Positions 38,652 to 49,464 of a DNA stretch of 64,000 bases are shown one piece after another. Origin of the DNA: Anthoceros angustus (Eukaryota > Plantae > Anthocerotophyta); contig VJWM01000108.1 in assembly GCA_010909165.1 (NCBI GenBank), forward strand, positions 806,001 through 870,000. The letters run 5' to 3'. Position 1 is the stretch's first letter. Each line of letters opens with the position of its first letter. Both the position numbers and the translations under genes were made by a program. Under the pieces are notes generated by a model. That model was not told the DNA's origin, searched no databases, and saw nothing but the letters and a program-made list of their open reading frames with translations.

Positions 38652-39519
38652 GAGATGATTTATTGAGGTGAAAGAACGATGGAACGAGACCATCTAGGAA
38701 GGGACAACAAATGGGGACCCGGGGGTCGGAGTGAAGAGGAGCAACCGAGCTCCCTACCTAAAGTGACCAATCGCACCCACAATGTCATATGCGTGTAGAA
38801 TAAACGGCTGCAAACCACAGAGGAAGAGGAAAAGGCATCACCCACCGCCGCCTTATGGAGAATCGCTGAGAGCGCCATCAAGAGCAATAGAAACCCCGCC
38901 GGAGTATCTTGTGAAGTACGAGAGGGACCGCACTATGCTGCGCATGGTAAGTTTTGGCACAAGACTTGATGAATTTGTCAAAGTCCAGCCCATTGCCCCA
39001 TACGCTTTAGAGCAAGCGGATAAAGAGGTGGCCCGCTTGCATCCTGCTATACTTGCGGACCTTAAGAGCCGCTGCACGGGCAGCAGCCCAGCCTGGACGG
39101 TTGGTGATGACTGGCGGAGGTGGCGCCACGTGCGGTCGGTAACCACTACATCCGCCACCACAACCGTCGCCACGGACAAGGTATAAGTCATACGATTGAG
39201 CGACACAGAAGAAGAGTATACTCCCGCTCCCTCCAGGCCATATAGCCACTTTCGCGAGCAATGGCAAACATGACGTCACGGATGGCGTCGTGAGTGGCAA
39301 TGCGATGACCCCCGTGGGGACAACGAGCAAGGTGGACACCAGAGACGTCAAGAGCAGAGCCGCACTCACAAGTGAGGAGCGAAGAAGCCACAGGCTGGAG
39401 TAGGCCGAGACGGAATCGCATCGCAGTAGTGAAGGTGGTTGGTGCGATGTGAAATCCCCGTATGCATGGGCGGGCCAGTAGCCAAGCACCTGCTCCCTTC
39501 CCAGAACAAGAGCGAACTG
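38652..39519 (-). mobile_element. 5'-truncated non-LTR retrotransposon with a restriction-like endonuclease (CRE-like)
   Basis: Flanked by a 14-bp direct repeat agctcctgaaatta (38638-38651 and 39520-39533). It encodes CECG…LD..G.HL.RC…RIATHDAIRD, a D…VADVVVT segment, AAA…K.RKY and YGAMG. AATAAA lies just before the 3' end. Confidence 0.75.
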
Positions 39520-40458
39520 AGCTCCTGAAATTATGAACAAAGAAACATATGGATGTGATGTCGAGAGCTACCTGAATTTAAGTAAACCAAAATCCTATAT
39601 TGAAGAACATTGATAGGGTCCACTCATTTAAGAGCAGTTTTGTATGAATCTTTCTATATGTATCTTACCATATAACGCTTGTTCTTGTTCTTATATCTTC
39701 AATATTTTTTATATTTAATAGATTATTTTCAGTGTAAAAGTTGGAAGATATATTATATTTTAGTTGCATATAAAATTGTTATTTATATTTTTTCCTAGAT
39801 ATATAAAAAGTTAATAGTGAGAATCTACTTTTGTACGTAATAAACACAATTTTTGAACTAATGGGCGGATTTGAAGCTGAAGCAAATGGACTCCCTTCCT
39901 TGATATGAAACAGCTACCGTATCTATCTATCTGTCTTATTTTTGTCCACCTCAGCCTGAGCCTAAGCAGTTATGAGTCCCTTTTTTTTTGGCAAAGAAGA
40001 GGGCTGAGGGATGCATCGATTAAAAGTGAAGGATTCCGTAATGGAGCTCCGGGCATTTTTTGGTCCAGGGTCCAGGGTCCAGGCAGGTCCTTGTGCTTGC
40101 AACGCGGGGGGGTTATACGTATGTATATAGGGCGGTCGCGTCCCTTGGATGTGAAATGGGGATTCTCTTCTCCTTCCGTTCAGTGAGCCTGCAACGATTC
40201 TGGTCCTGTCACTGGGTACTGGGTCCTGCCGAACTTGGTATGTGACATAACTTCCGTGCACGCATTCAGGTCCAGCGTCTCTTTGCCAGAGGTGGTGGTG
40301 ACGAGGATGCTCACCGGCGCCCGCTTTCCTCTCCTAATTTCTGTTTGCTCCTTTGGCGGGGCAGTGTCTGTAAGATCGGAGAAACTTTAAGGAGGAAGAG
40401 AAAAAATTGGATGTGTTGTAGCACACATCACATCCGCATCCGATTCGGTGATCTGGAG

Positions 40459-42597
40459 ATGGTGGATATTCGAAAAGCCAGCAGCGCTTCCAGGCGCAGC
40501 AGCAGCAGCAGCAGCAGCAGCACATCAGCAGCCCATGACAAGGGTCCCGGAGCGGAAGCGTCGTCAGCCGTGTACCCTGTGAAACGCTTGTCCACGGTCC
40601 CAAAGCGAGCTTCTCAGCAGAATCCTGTACAGGAGGGGGGGAATCCAGTGACCAGCGCCGCCGATCTCCAGAAGCGGCCGTCTACAGGCGGCTCTTCAGC
40701 GCAGTCGGAAGCCGATAATGCCCAGGCTGCTGCTGCTGCCGAGGTTGCCCGGCTGACAAAGGAAATCGCTTCTCTGAGACAGGAGGCCCAACAGAAGTGT
40801 GCGGACTTGGCCAGCCTGCAGCTCAAATTGGACGAAAGAAGCAAAGAGGTGGCGAGCTTGGAAGTTAAGGTCGATGAGGGCAACCGGGAAGTGGGCAAGC
40901 TGAGGCAGCAGGTGGCAGACAGGGACCAGGAGCTTGCCATTCTGCAGCAGGCCATAGGGAAGAAGAAGGATCCTTCCAAGCCGGTGCCGGTGAAGGAAGC
41001 GGAGGCGGGCATTCCAAGCCTGAACCCTGGAGACGCACAAGATTCAACTGCGCAGTTTTTCGTTTCCTTGGAGGAGTGCCTGAAATGCAGGGAATGCGGG
41101 AGGCCCAATCTGTACACGGAGAAGGACCACCCGTTGCTGCGGGCAGCCGAGGACTCCAAGTGGTTGTCGGACGAACTGGACATTTTGAGCCACAACAAGC
41201 AACTGTACCTGGAGATGGAGCAGAGGCTGGCGCACATCAAGGAGCAGCTGGTAGCGCCGGATGAATCCAAGCAGCAGCAGCAGCGGCAGCAGCAGCAGCA
41301 GCCCTTCTTCCAGCCCAAGCCCGGGACGGACAGCAGCAGCTTCTACAGAGCTCGAGGCCTGGACCCGGCCAAGTGGAAGCAAGAACGCAACTTCTCCAAG
41401 GGCAAGAGAGGTAAGTCCTTCCAGTGCGCTCTCATTTACACCGATTGCACGCAGGTGCTGGATGTGAGCAACCCCCCGGCCGGCCTGGCCATCGAGGACA
41501 TCCCCTCCTTGATGCACTCCGACATCGACCAGTTCCTGGCCGCCAGGGGTCTGCGGGAGTTCGATGCCGCCGTGTACGAGTGGTTCGTGGTCCCCGGCCT
41601 GCCTCTGGACCGAGAGGCCAGCAGCTTGGAGAATGTGAGCAACGCGGCCATAGTCATCCACCCCAAAGACCGCAACACCTTCTGGCACAACAAGACGCTG
41701 CACTCTCAGCTCAGCCTCTCCCTCAAGTACCTCGGGGACAGGACGGGCGAGCTCCTGCACCGCCTGCGGGTGCACGAGGACTGCATGGACGCTCTCTGGC
41801 AAGAACGCTCCTACTTCACGCGAGAAGTGCTGAGCCGGCAGCTATGGCCGGCGGATGCAAAGAGCGAGAAGGGAGCCAAGGGTTTGCTGGCCGGGATGCT
41901 GGCAGGCCTGAGGAAGAACGTGGTAGGGAAGGAGGAGGAGGTTTGCAGGCTGGAGGCTAGGTTGCAGGCGGCGGAGAAGCGGGAGGAGCAGCAGGGAGCG
42001 TTCTTACAGGAGGCCAAGACGCTCATGGCCAAGAAGGACGAAGCCCTAGCCTACTACAACCATGCCCTCCAGACTTGCCGAGGTCAGGTGAAGACGATCC
42101 AGAGCAAGAGCGAGGCGAGCGAGTGCCAACTCTGGGCTCTCCGCCACAAGCTTGCGGTCTTGGCCGAGCCCATGTGCAAGATCTGGGTGCGGACGTTCCT
42201 GGACTCTGTTCGCAGGCAGATCGGGCAGGACCTGTGTGCCGCGTTCGCGGACGTGGTTCCATTTCAGGAGGCGGCGACCAGCCCGCACTCCAGCAAGAAC
42301 TGGAATGCCACCCTGTTTCAGATCTACCAGACTCCGGATGCCTGCGCACTCTTGGCTTCCAAGGGCCTGCACCGGGAGCTCCTGGAGCTCACCCGGGTGG
42401 GTGCCCAATACACCGACGGCCACCAGACGTTGCAGGAACTGGGAAACGCGGCCGCCACCAGCGCCCGCAAGCCAGAGGTTGCGGAAGCCATCTGCAGTTT
42501 GGATGTGCCCGACTCCTACCGCCACGCGCTCAAGCAGCTCTACGCCTACGCCTATGGCTCCGATAACGATGTCCAACACGATCGCCTGGCTCTCTGA
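40459..42597 (+). CDS. Intronless coiled-coil protein of unknown function (~712 aa from ATG 40459; ORF track starts at 40345)
   Basis: A long uninterrupted ORF with strong GC3 codon bias, a good Kozak context (gagATGG) and two heptad-rich segments. Confidence 0.8.
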   Translation: MVDIRKASSASRRSSSSSSSSTSAAHDKGPGAEASSAVYPVKRLSTVPKRASQQNPVQEGGNPVTSAADLQKRPSTGGSSAQSEADNAQAAAAAEVARLTKEIASLRQEAQQKCADLASLQLKLDERSKEVASLEVKVDEGNREVGKLRQQVADRDQELAILQQAIGKKKDPSKPVPVKEAEAGIPSLNPGDAQDSTAQFFVSLEECLKCRECGRPNLYTEKDHPLLRAAEDSKWLSDELDILSHNKQLYLEMEQRLAHIKEQLVAPDESKQQQQRQQQQQPFFQPKPGTDSSSFYRARGLDPAKWKQERNFSKGKRGKSFQCALIYTDCTQVLDVSNPPAGLAIEDIPSLMHSDIDQFLAARGLREFDAAVYEWFVVPGLPLDREASSLENVSNAAIVIHPKDRNTFWHNKTLHSQLSLSLKYLGDRTGELLHRLRVHEDCMDALWQERSYFTREVLSRQLWPADAKSEKGAKGLLAGMLAGLRKNVVGKEEEVCRLEARLQAAEKREEQQGAFLQEAKTLMAKKDEALAYYNHALQTCRGQVKTIQSKSEASECQLWALRHKLAVLAEPMCKIWVRTFLDSVRRQIGQDLCAAFADVVPFQEAATSPHSSKNWNATLFQIYQTPDACALLASKGLHRELLELTRVGAQYTDGHQTLQELGNAAATSARKPEVAEAICSLDVPDSYRHALKQLYAYAYGSDNDVQHDRLAL

Positions 42598-42981
42598 TGA
42601 TCGGGAGGATACACTGCATCATCCATACACTACTACACACCATCAAGCGCGAGCTGCTCCTCATCGAACGAGCAGCTCCATGCCCATCCTGCTACTCCTA
42701 GATATCATGGCAATTCCACCAAAGTCACCACCGCATTTCTGCAACCGCACGAGCGAGCTGCCACACTTCGCAGTACACATACATGTGCACCGAGCCGTTA
42801 CAAAAGACCAGGCTCCACCCCAGCAGCCCCACCATCACAGGGGGACGGGGGAGCATGACGACCCAAGTGCATATCACACAGATTGAGAATCGAGGTTTGT
42901 AGAGGCAAGGAGCATGTAAATAGTTTGTGGCGCTGTTGAGAAGAAGAGAAGTCTGCCAGAACCCTACTACTACTACAGCTA

Positions 42982-43734
42982 CTACCGGTCGTCGGACGGT
43001 GCCTGCGTGATGCCATACTTGAGCAACAATTGGTTCAAAGCGTCAGCTGAAGTGACCTGGTACTGCACACTGCCGTCGTGACCTAAGCTCACTTCCGCCA
43101 CCTCAAGCTTTTCGGCTGACAGACTGGTGCTGTCCATGGTCTTACTCAAAATCTTCAAAGCCAGCTGCACAGCTTCCTCTCTGGTGATGTCATCCTTGTA
43201 GTCCTGCTTCAACATGGACTGCGCGGCCTGGTTGTTGGCACCGATAGCCCCGGCCTTCCATCCACCGTAATTGCCGCTGGGATCACTCATGTAGAGCTGA
43301 AACCCGAAATTTTTGTCGTACCCTGCGAACAGAAAAGAGACACCGAAGGGGCGCAAACCCCCGAACTGCGTGTACCCTTGCTTGGTGTCACACAGGGCCT
43401 GCACCAGCTGCTCCACTGGAATGGCCTCCTGGTACTGGTAGGTGAACCTCTGGGCCTGCAACCTAGCCGTGTTGATGAGGATGTTAGCGTCCGCCATAAT
43501 CCCGGCCACTGCGCACGCTACGTGGTCATCGATCTTGTACATCTTCTCGGTGGACTTGGCTGTGGCCAGCAGCTTGGACGTGACCATCTTCTCGGCGGCA
43601 AGCACCACCCCGTCTTTGGCCAAAATCCCGATGGTTGCCCCGGCATTGCCGATGGCCTGCATGGCATACTCCACCTGGTACAGTCTCCCCTCGGGAGAGA
43701 AAATGGTAGTCCTGGAATCATAGCGTCTCGACAT
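42982..43734 (-). CDS. PAC1: 20S proteasome subunit alpha type-4 (250 aa)
   Basis: [25 protein letters not shown]…[14 protein letters not shown]…[11 protein letters not shown]. The true ATG is at 43734. Confidence 0.97.
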   Translation of the reverse strand: MSRRYDSRTTIFSPEGRLYQVEYAMQAIGNAGATIGILAKDGVVLAAEKMVTSKLLATAKSTEKMYKIDDHVACAVAGIMADANILINTARLQAQRFTYQYQEAIPVEQLVQALCDTKQGYTQFGGLRPFGVSFLFAGYDKNFGFQLYMSDPSGNYGGWKAGAIGANNQAAQSMLKQDYKDDITREEAVQLALKILSKTMDSTSLSAEKLEVAEVSLGHDGSVQYQVTSADALNQLLLKYGITQAPSDDR

Positions 43735-43938
43735 GGCGTCAATCAACCCTCTCCTCTGAACAATTTCCTGCTCCCAATGTCCTCAATTCTTCCAATCTCA
43801 ATGCACGTTCCGTGTGCTCAATTGAAGAAGACTTACCCAATACCCTAACCTTGTTCTCGTCCGTTAGAAATTTCGCCTGTTCTCAGGAAACGAAAAAACG
43901 AAGATTCTAAATTCCGAACGAAAAGGAGTATCTTCAAC

Positions 43939-44019
43939 CGCAGCCTGAGAGATTCGAACTCTCGCGGGCGAACCCATGTACTTAGCAGGCACACGCCTTA
44001 ACCACTCGGCCAAAGCTGC
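43939..44019 (-). tRNA. tRNA-Ser(GCT): tRNA-Ser (anticodon GCT)
   Basis: GCAGCTTTGGCCGAGTGGTTAAGGCGTGTGCCTGCTAAGTACATGGGTTCGCCCGCGAGAGTTCGAATCTCTCAGGCTGCG. The acceptor stem pairs, the variable arm is long, and a TTTT terminator follows 15 nt downstream. Confidence 0.96.
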
Positions 44020-44346
44020 TTCGTGCCATAAGATGGCACACTTAAGATATATAATAATTTACGTAAATACTTTCGTGCCTTGATTAAGCATCCTGAACTT
44101 GGATCGGTACTTAGATGGGGTGCCTAAGCTACTTGCACCAAGTCCCTCCCGACAGCTTGGATCGGTACTTAGATGGGGTGCCTAAAGGGAGTGGATGCCC
44201 TTGGTGAAAGTAGCTTAGGCACACCATGGTACAAGTTGTGAAGTACCAAGTCCCATGACGGAAATCCGTCCTTAGTGGACTTCAATAAAATTCAAAAATT
44301 CACTCATCTCTCCCGACAGCGTTCCTTCAACGACGATGGCCGCAGT

Positions 44347-47300
44347 ATGGCCACAGTTGTTTGGACGCAACGAATTGGTGTCTGCTCAGGGATTTTACGA
44401 GGAGCTGCCGCTCACCTCATCTTAGGGAGTCAACCCCTGGCAAAGAAAGGCTCCAGGTGCAACAGTGTAAGGAGCCCGGCACGTCCGCTTCCGAGAAAAT
44501 GTGTGGGTGGTGACGGGTTTTCCAGCGATGGTCGTTGCCAGGAGCAGGAGCACTTGTGGCAGCAATTTTTTCTGGACCCTACCATGTGTTGGGACAATAC
44601 ACGAGATAACAAGAGCTCCCGTTCGCCTGACTTCCGGCGTAAGGGGTCCGGCGAGGTGCTGTGGTTAAACAGCACGTTTAAGCCAGCTTGGGTCCACGAG
44701 CAGCTCATTTCCTTGGATATGCGGATGGGCCATGTTACCTCCCCTTCCGAGTCCAGCTCTCCGGATAAGCCACGACTTGGCAGGCGTGCAGGATCGGAAA
44801 TCGGCGTCGTAACTGCTGCAACCGTGACCTTGTTATGTCAGCTGGGGAAGCTTCTTGAGGCCGTCGAAGCCCTGGAATCTCTGGCGCAGACGAATTCTGC
44901 TGTTTCTCAGTCTCTTTTTTACACCGTGCTAACACGGTGTACAGCTAAGAAAGATTTGGCTGTGGGGCGACGAGTTCATGATCTCGCTGTCAAGCTTGGG
45001 TATGAGTCGAGTGCATACTTGGGGACCCATATCTTGCGCATGTATGCATGTGGAGGCAGACTGCAGGAGGCCATGGATGTGTTCACGCTAAGCACGGGAA
45101 ATCTATGGAGGCCATACAACTCTACCATGAGATGCGTAGGTCAGGAGGGAAGGCGGATGCTCACGTCTTCGTAGCTGCCCTTCAAGCTTGTGCATTTGCC
45201 GCCGACTTGGAATCTGGCAGAAAAGTGCACTGTGATGTGGTGCGGAGTGACTTTTCTACTAACTTGTTCGTCGGCAGCTGCCTGGTGGATATGTATGCAA
45301 AATGTGGTGAATTAGAATATGCTCGCAGGTTTTTGACAGCATGAACGCAAACAATGTGATGACATGGAATGCCCTGATCGCCGGGTATGCAAAACGTGGT
45401 GAACTGAAAGATGCACGCCAGGTTTTTGACAGCATGATTACAAAGAATGTGGTGACATGGAATGCCCTGATCGCCGGGTATGCAAAACGTGGTGAACTGA
45501 AAGGTGCACGCCAGGTTTTTGACAGCATGATCACAAAGAGTGTGGTGACATGGACGGCGCAGAGTGCTGAGTATGTACAGCAAGGACTCGGCCAAGAGGC
45601 ACTCCTTGTGTATGGACAAATGGAGCAAGAGGGCCTCACTTTGGCTAACGATGTTACTTTTTCTTGCCTTCTGAAAGCCTGTGGAAGCACTGGTGCCTTA
45701 CAGAAGGGCAGGCAGCTGCACTCACAGATTGTTGAAAGAGGACTGCTGGATGACGTAGTGGTGGGCAACTGCCTTGTGGACATGTATGTAAAATGTGGTG
45801 AACTGGAAGATGCACGCCAAGCTTTTGACAGCCTGGCCACAAAGAATGTGGTGACATGGACGGCGCTGATTGCTGGGTATGTACAGCAAGGACTCGCCAA
45901 GAGGCGCTTGTGTATGGACAAATGGAGCAGGAGGGCCTCATTTTGGCTAACCATGTTACTTTTGCTTGCCTTCTGAAGGCCTGTGGCACTGGTGCCTTAC
46001 AGAAGGGCAGGCAGCTGCACTCACAGATTGTCAAAAGAGGACTGCTGGATAACGTTATGGTGGGCAACTGCCTGGTGGACATGTATGCAAAATGTGGTGA
46101 ACTGGAAGATGCACGCCAGGTTTTTGACAGCTTGGCCACAAAGATGTGGTGACATGGACCCTGATTGCTGGGTATGCACAGCAAGGACTTGGCCAAGAGG
46201 CGCTTGTTGTGTATGGACAAATGGAGGAGGCGGGCCTCATTTTGGCTGACCATGTCACTTTTTCTTCCCTTCTGAAGGCCTGTGGGAGCACTGGTGCCTT
46301 ACAGACGGGCAGGCAGCTGCACTCACAGATTGTCGAAGAGGACTGCTGGATGACGTAGTGGTGGGCAACTGCCTTGTGGACATGTATGTAAAATGTGGTG
46401 AACTGGAAGATGCACGCCAGGTTTTTGACAGCATGATCACGAAGAACTTGTTGACATGGACCGCCCTGATATCTGGGTATGGTACTTGTGATGAAGGTTA
46501 CAAGGCACTAGCTCTTTTTGAGGAGATGTTAGTTGCCGGTATTCAGCCTCATGATGCTGCTTTTACTTGACTTTTAGTAGCATGCAGTCATGAGGGACTG
46601 GTGGATGAGGGTCGCAAGCACTTTGACTCCTGGCTGAACAGCATGGCATCAAACCTACTATGGAGCATCACACCTGCATGATTGATCTTCTTGGGCGTGC
46701 AGGCCATTTAGATGAGGCAGAAGATGCTATTATCATGTGAGGGCCAAAAGCGATGTTGTGGGATTGACGTCTTTGTTGAATGCCTGCAAAAGTCACGGGG
46801 ATATAGAGAGGGCGATGTGGTGTTTTGAAAGCATTGTTAGACTGGACCCTCAGCAGGCGTCTGCGTATGTGCTCATGGCCAATGCCTACGCTGATGGAGG
46901 TAGGTGGTCTGATGTAGACAGGATTGAGACACAGAGAAAGGTAGCAGGAGCTAACAAGAAACCTGCAGTGGCAACCATTGAGGTGGAGAAGCAGGTGCAT
47001 AGATTTCTGGTGGCAGAAAAGAGAGATGATATTGCGCTGAAGGTAGAGAGCACAAATGCACGTCAGAAGCAGGAAGGAGGCCACGCACCTCACACAAAAT
47101 TGGTCTTGAAGCCATTGTGTGAAAAGGAAAAGGAAGATGTGCTTTGTGGGCATGCTGAGAAACTAGCTCTGGCGTTTGGTCTCTTGAACACTCCGAGTGG
47201 GACACCTCTGGTTGTGATGATGAATCTACGCATGTGCAGTGACTGCCACAGTTCCACGGAGATCATGTCAAGGCTTGAACAGAGACATTGTTGTAAGGGA

Positions 47301-47358
47301 TGGGTACCGTGTGCATCGATTCTCAGGTGGTTGTTGCAGTTGTAAGGGTCGACTGTGA
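44347..47358 (+). CDS. PDF/PLS-PPR/DYW:KP locus G; leader, PDF and first PPR are in one open frame, with downstream frameshifts
   Basis: ORF 44275-45174 reads MATVVWTQ…HLWQQFFLDPTMCWDNTRDNKSSRSPDFRRKGSGEVLWLN…GKLLEAVEALESL…. It has two SS motifs, and the DYW ends CSCKGRL* at 47358. Confidence 0.85.
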
Positions 47359-47791
47359 GAAAAATGCAGAACCAGGCATTGCTGAAGTATGTGAGGCAGA
47401 GAAAATTGCTTTCGTGGTGAATGTGGTTGCCTAGCTTCGTTCCTGTCGAAACTGAGTGGTGTACATGGATGGCTAACACTGATCCTGGCACCAGTGTAGC
47501 GGTCATGTTCTGTAGGCAAGTGGATAGCTGGAAATTCTGGCTTGACTAGAGGCAAGAAATGAATCTGTTGATTGTTGTTCATCGTGACGCATTCTCGTAA
47601 GAGCATGTGTATGAATTCAGTAGGCGCAGCATGAGACCCTACCTATGCGAGCTGCTGCACCGAGTTGTCTTGGAGGAGGGATGTTTGTGTTTAGTCGGAC
47701 CGAATCCAACAGGATGCAAAACAGGCTTGTGAAAAGTTAGTTCCTGCTGCAAGTCCAACCTCTGAAACTGAGCAATCAAGAGCCCGTGCAT

Positions 47792-48206
47792 CAGGGTGTC
47801 ATTTTGACCCCGTCCCAAGCTCGGTCCCGGTCCCGGCATGTGTTAAAAGAAACATGGGACCGGAGGTTCTTCAGGAGTCCGGTCCCGACCCTCGGTCCCT
47901 GAAAAGATAAGAGACCGAGGGTTCATAAAAGGTCCGGTTTAAAATTAGTAAATTATTTAATTTTATATCCAAGGATTTATATTTATTATGGACACATGGA
48001 CCCATCTTATAATTGTTATGGTCATAAAGACGCTTACTAGACATTTTTATTTTTATATTATTATTTATAAATTATTTATTAATATTTATTGTATTTAGTG
48101 ACCAAGGGTCGCATAAAGGCACGGTCCCTGCTCGGTCCGGGACCGAGCGTAGCTAGGCTAGGCGGTCCCGGGGACTGAGCTAGTACTCGGTCAAAATGAC
48201 ACCCTG
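47792..48206. mobile_element. hAT-family MITE
   Basis: 18-bp TIR cagggtgtcattttgacc/ggtcaaaatgacaccctg and an 8-bp TSD ccgtgcat on both sides. Confidence 0.92.
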
Positions 48207-48469
48207 CCGTGCATCCTTATCAGAGGGGCTTTAGGCAGTAGTGTGTATCCTCATTTCCTGAATTGTTTCCCCAGCCACAACACCAGCCCAGAAGCGCAAT
48301 GGAGGTGGCCGTATGTCCCAGCAGGGACGCTGTCGGATCTTTGAAAACGTACCCAATCCCTAATTTATGTCGCCTTTTCTGAAAGCTCTCTCCCGCAAGG
48401 ATGAATCGAATTACGGTCTCAGGGTATAGTGTTGCGAAATTGAGAAAAAGGCGGGTAAGTCGTTGCAAG

Positions 48470-48566
48470 TTGCCGTTTCGGGTCGGGACCGGGAATCCCG
48501 TGAACCGCCGGTCCCCAGGGATTCGTGCGGACCGACCCCGGGGGACTATGTCAAAATGACACCCTG
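48470..48566. mobile_element. Orphan right end of the same hAT family
   Basis: gtcaaaatgacaccctg at 48550-48566, preceded by GGTCCC/GGGACC subterminal motifs. No partner end was found. Confidence 0.6.
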
Positions 48567-49464
48567 GAGGACAAGTGGGCGGACGGCAATCGGTGAATCG
48601 TCACCTACATTAACAAGCCTATCTAATATAGGATAACATACATGTATGTATATATATATATATTTCTAAGTAGAAAAGGAGAGCTTGATACACACTTTAG
48701 TACAGTACAGTACAATACAAGTGGGTATATGGATATGTACGGGCTGTCCCACGCTCCTAACCCTAAAGTTGGTCCCAAGTTTGCAAGTTGTCCTGGTCCT
48801 AGTCCTGGTCCTGGTTTGATGTGGTGGGGTCCAGCGTCCAGAAGAAGATGCAGAACATGACTTTGCCGGAGGATGAAATTCGATTGGGAAGCCGTATAGA
48901 TAGAAGACAAACGACATCCCATCCCCGAATTGAGAGGATGCTTTCCTTGAGAGTTGTGAAGAGAGCATATGGCACCCATGAGTTCGGCGGTTGCCGGGAC
49001 ATGGCAGCATGGCATGGCCACAAGATATGCAGCATATGGGACATATGGATGCATGGGCTCATGGGGTATATGGGGGAGAGTCAGGGTGGGCTCTACAACA
49101 TCATCTCATCCTCGCATGAAAGCCCGCCTGCGTCTCAATCTCCGAAGCAATCAAAGCTTCGCGAGTGTGAAATCTGGCGTGGCATGCCATGCCTCGCCCA
49201 TCACGATTCTCTCTCATCATGTATACTTTAAACGCAACACCATGTACCGGTCCATACAGGATGTCACTGCCGTATTTTGCCCAGCACGGCACAACCCCAG
49301 TATGCGCACCCACCACAACGAGGTTGTGCTGTAAACCAACCATGCTTCATTTTAGAACCGTGCGCGAGAGTATGAACTGAGCGCGGGGTGTCTCAAACAA
49401 ACCATCCCTAAGACAAATAGATTAACCTAAACCAAGCATTCTGGCCACCAAGCTCTCTCCGTCC

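Noticed and set aside
40614-42886. Overlapping ORFs on both strands within the 750-aa gene
   Set aside because: They are by-products of high GC3 codon bias.
44098-44185. 30-bp direct repeat (cttggatcggtacttagatggggtgcctaa, two copies) upstream of locus G
   Set aside because: Only two copies, with no TIR or TSD; there is not enough evidence to assign a function.
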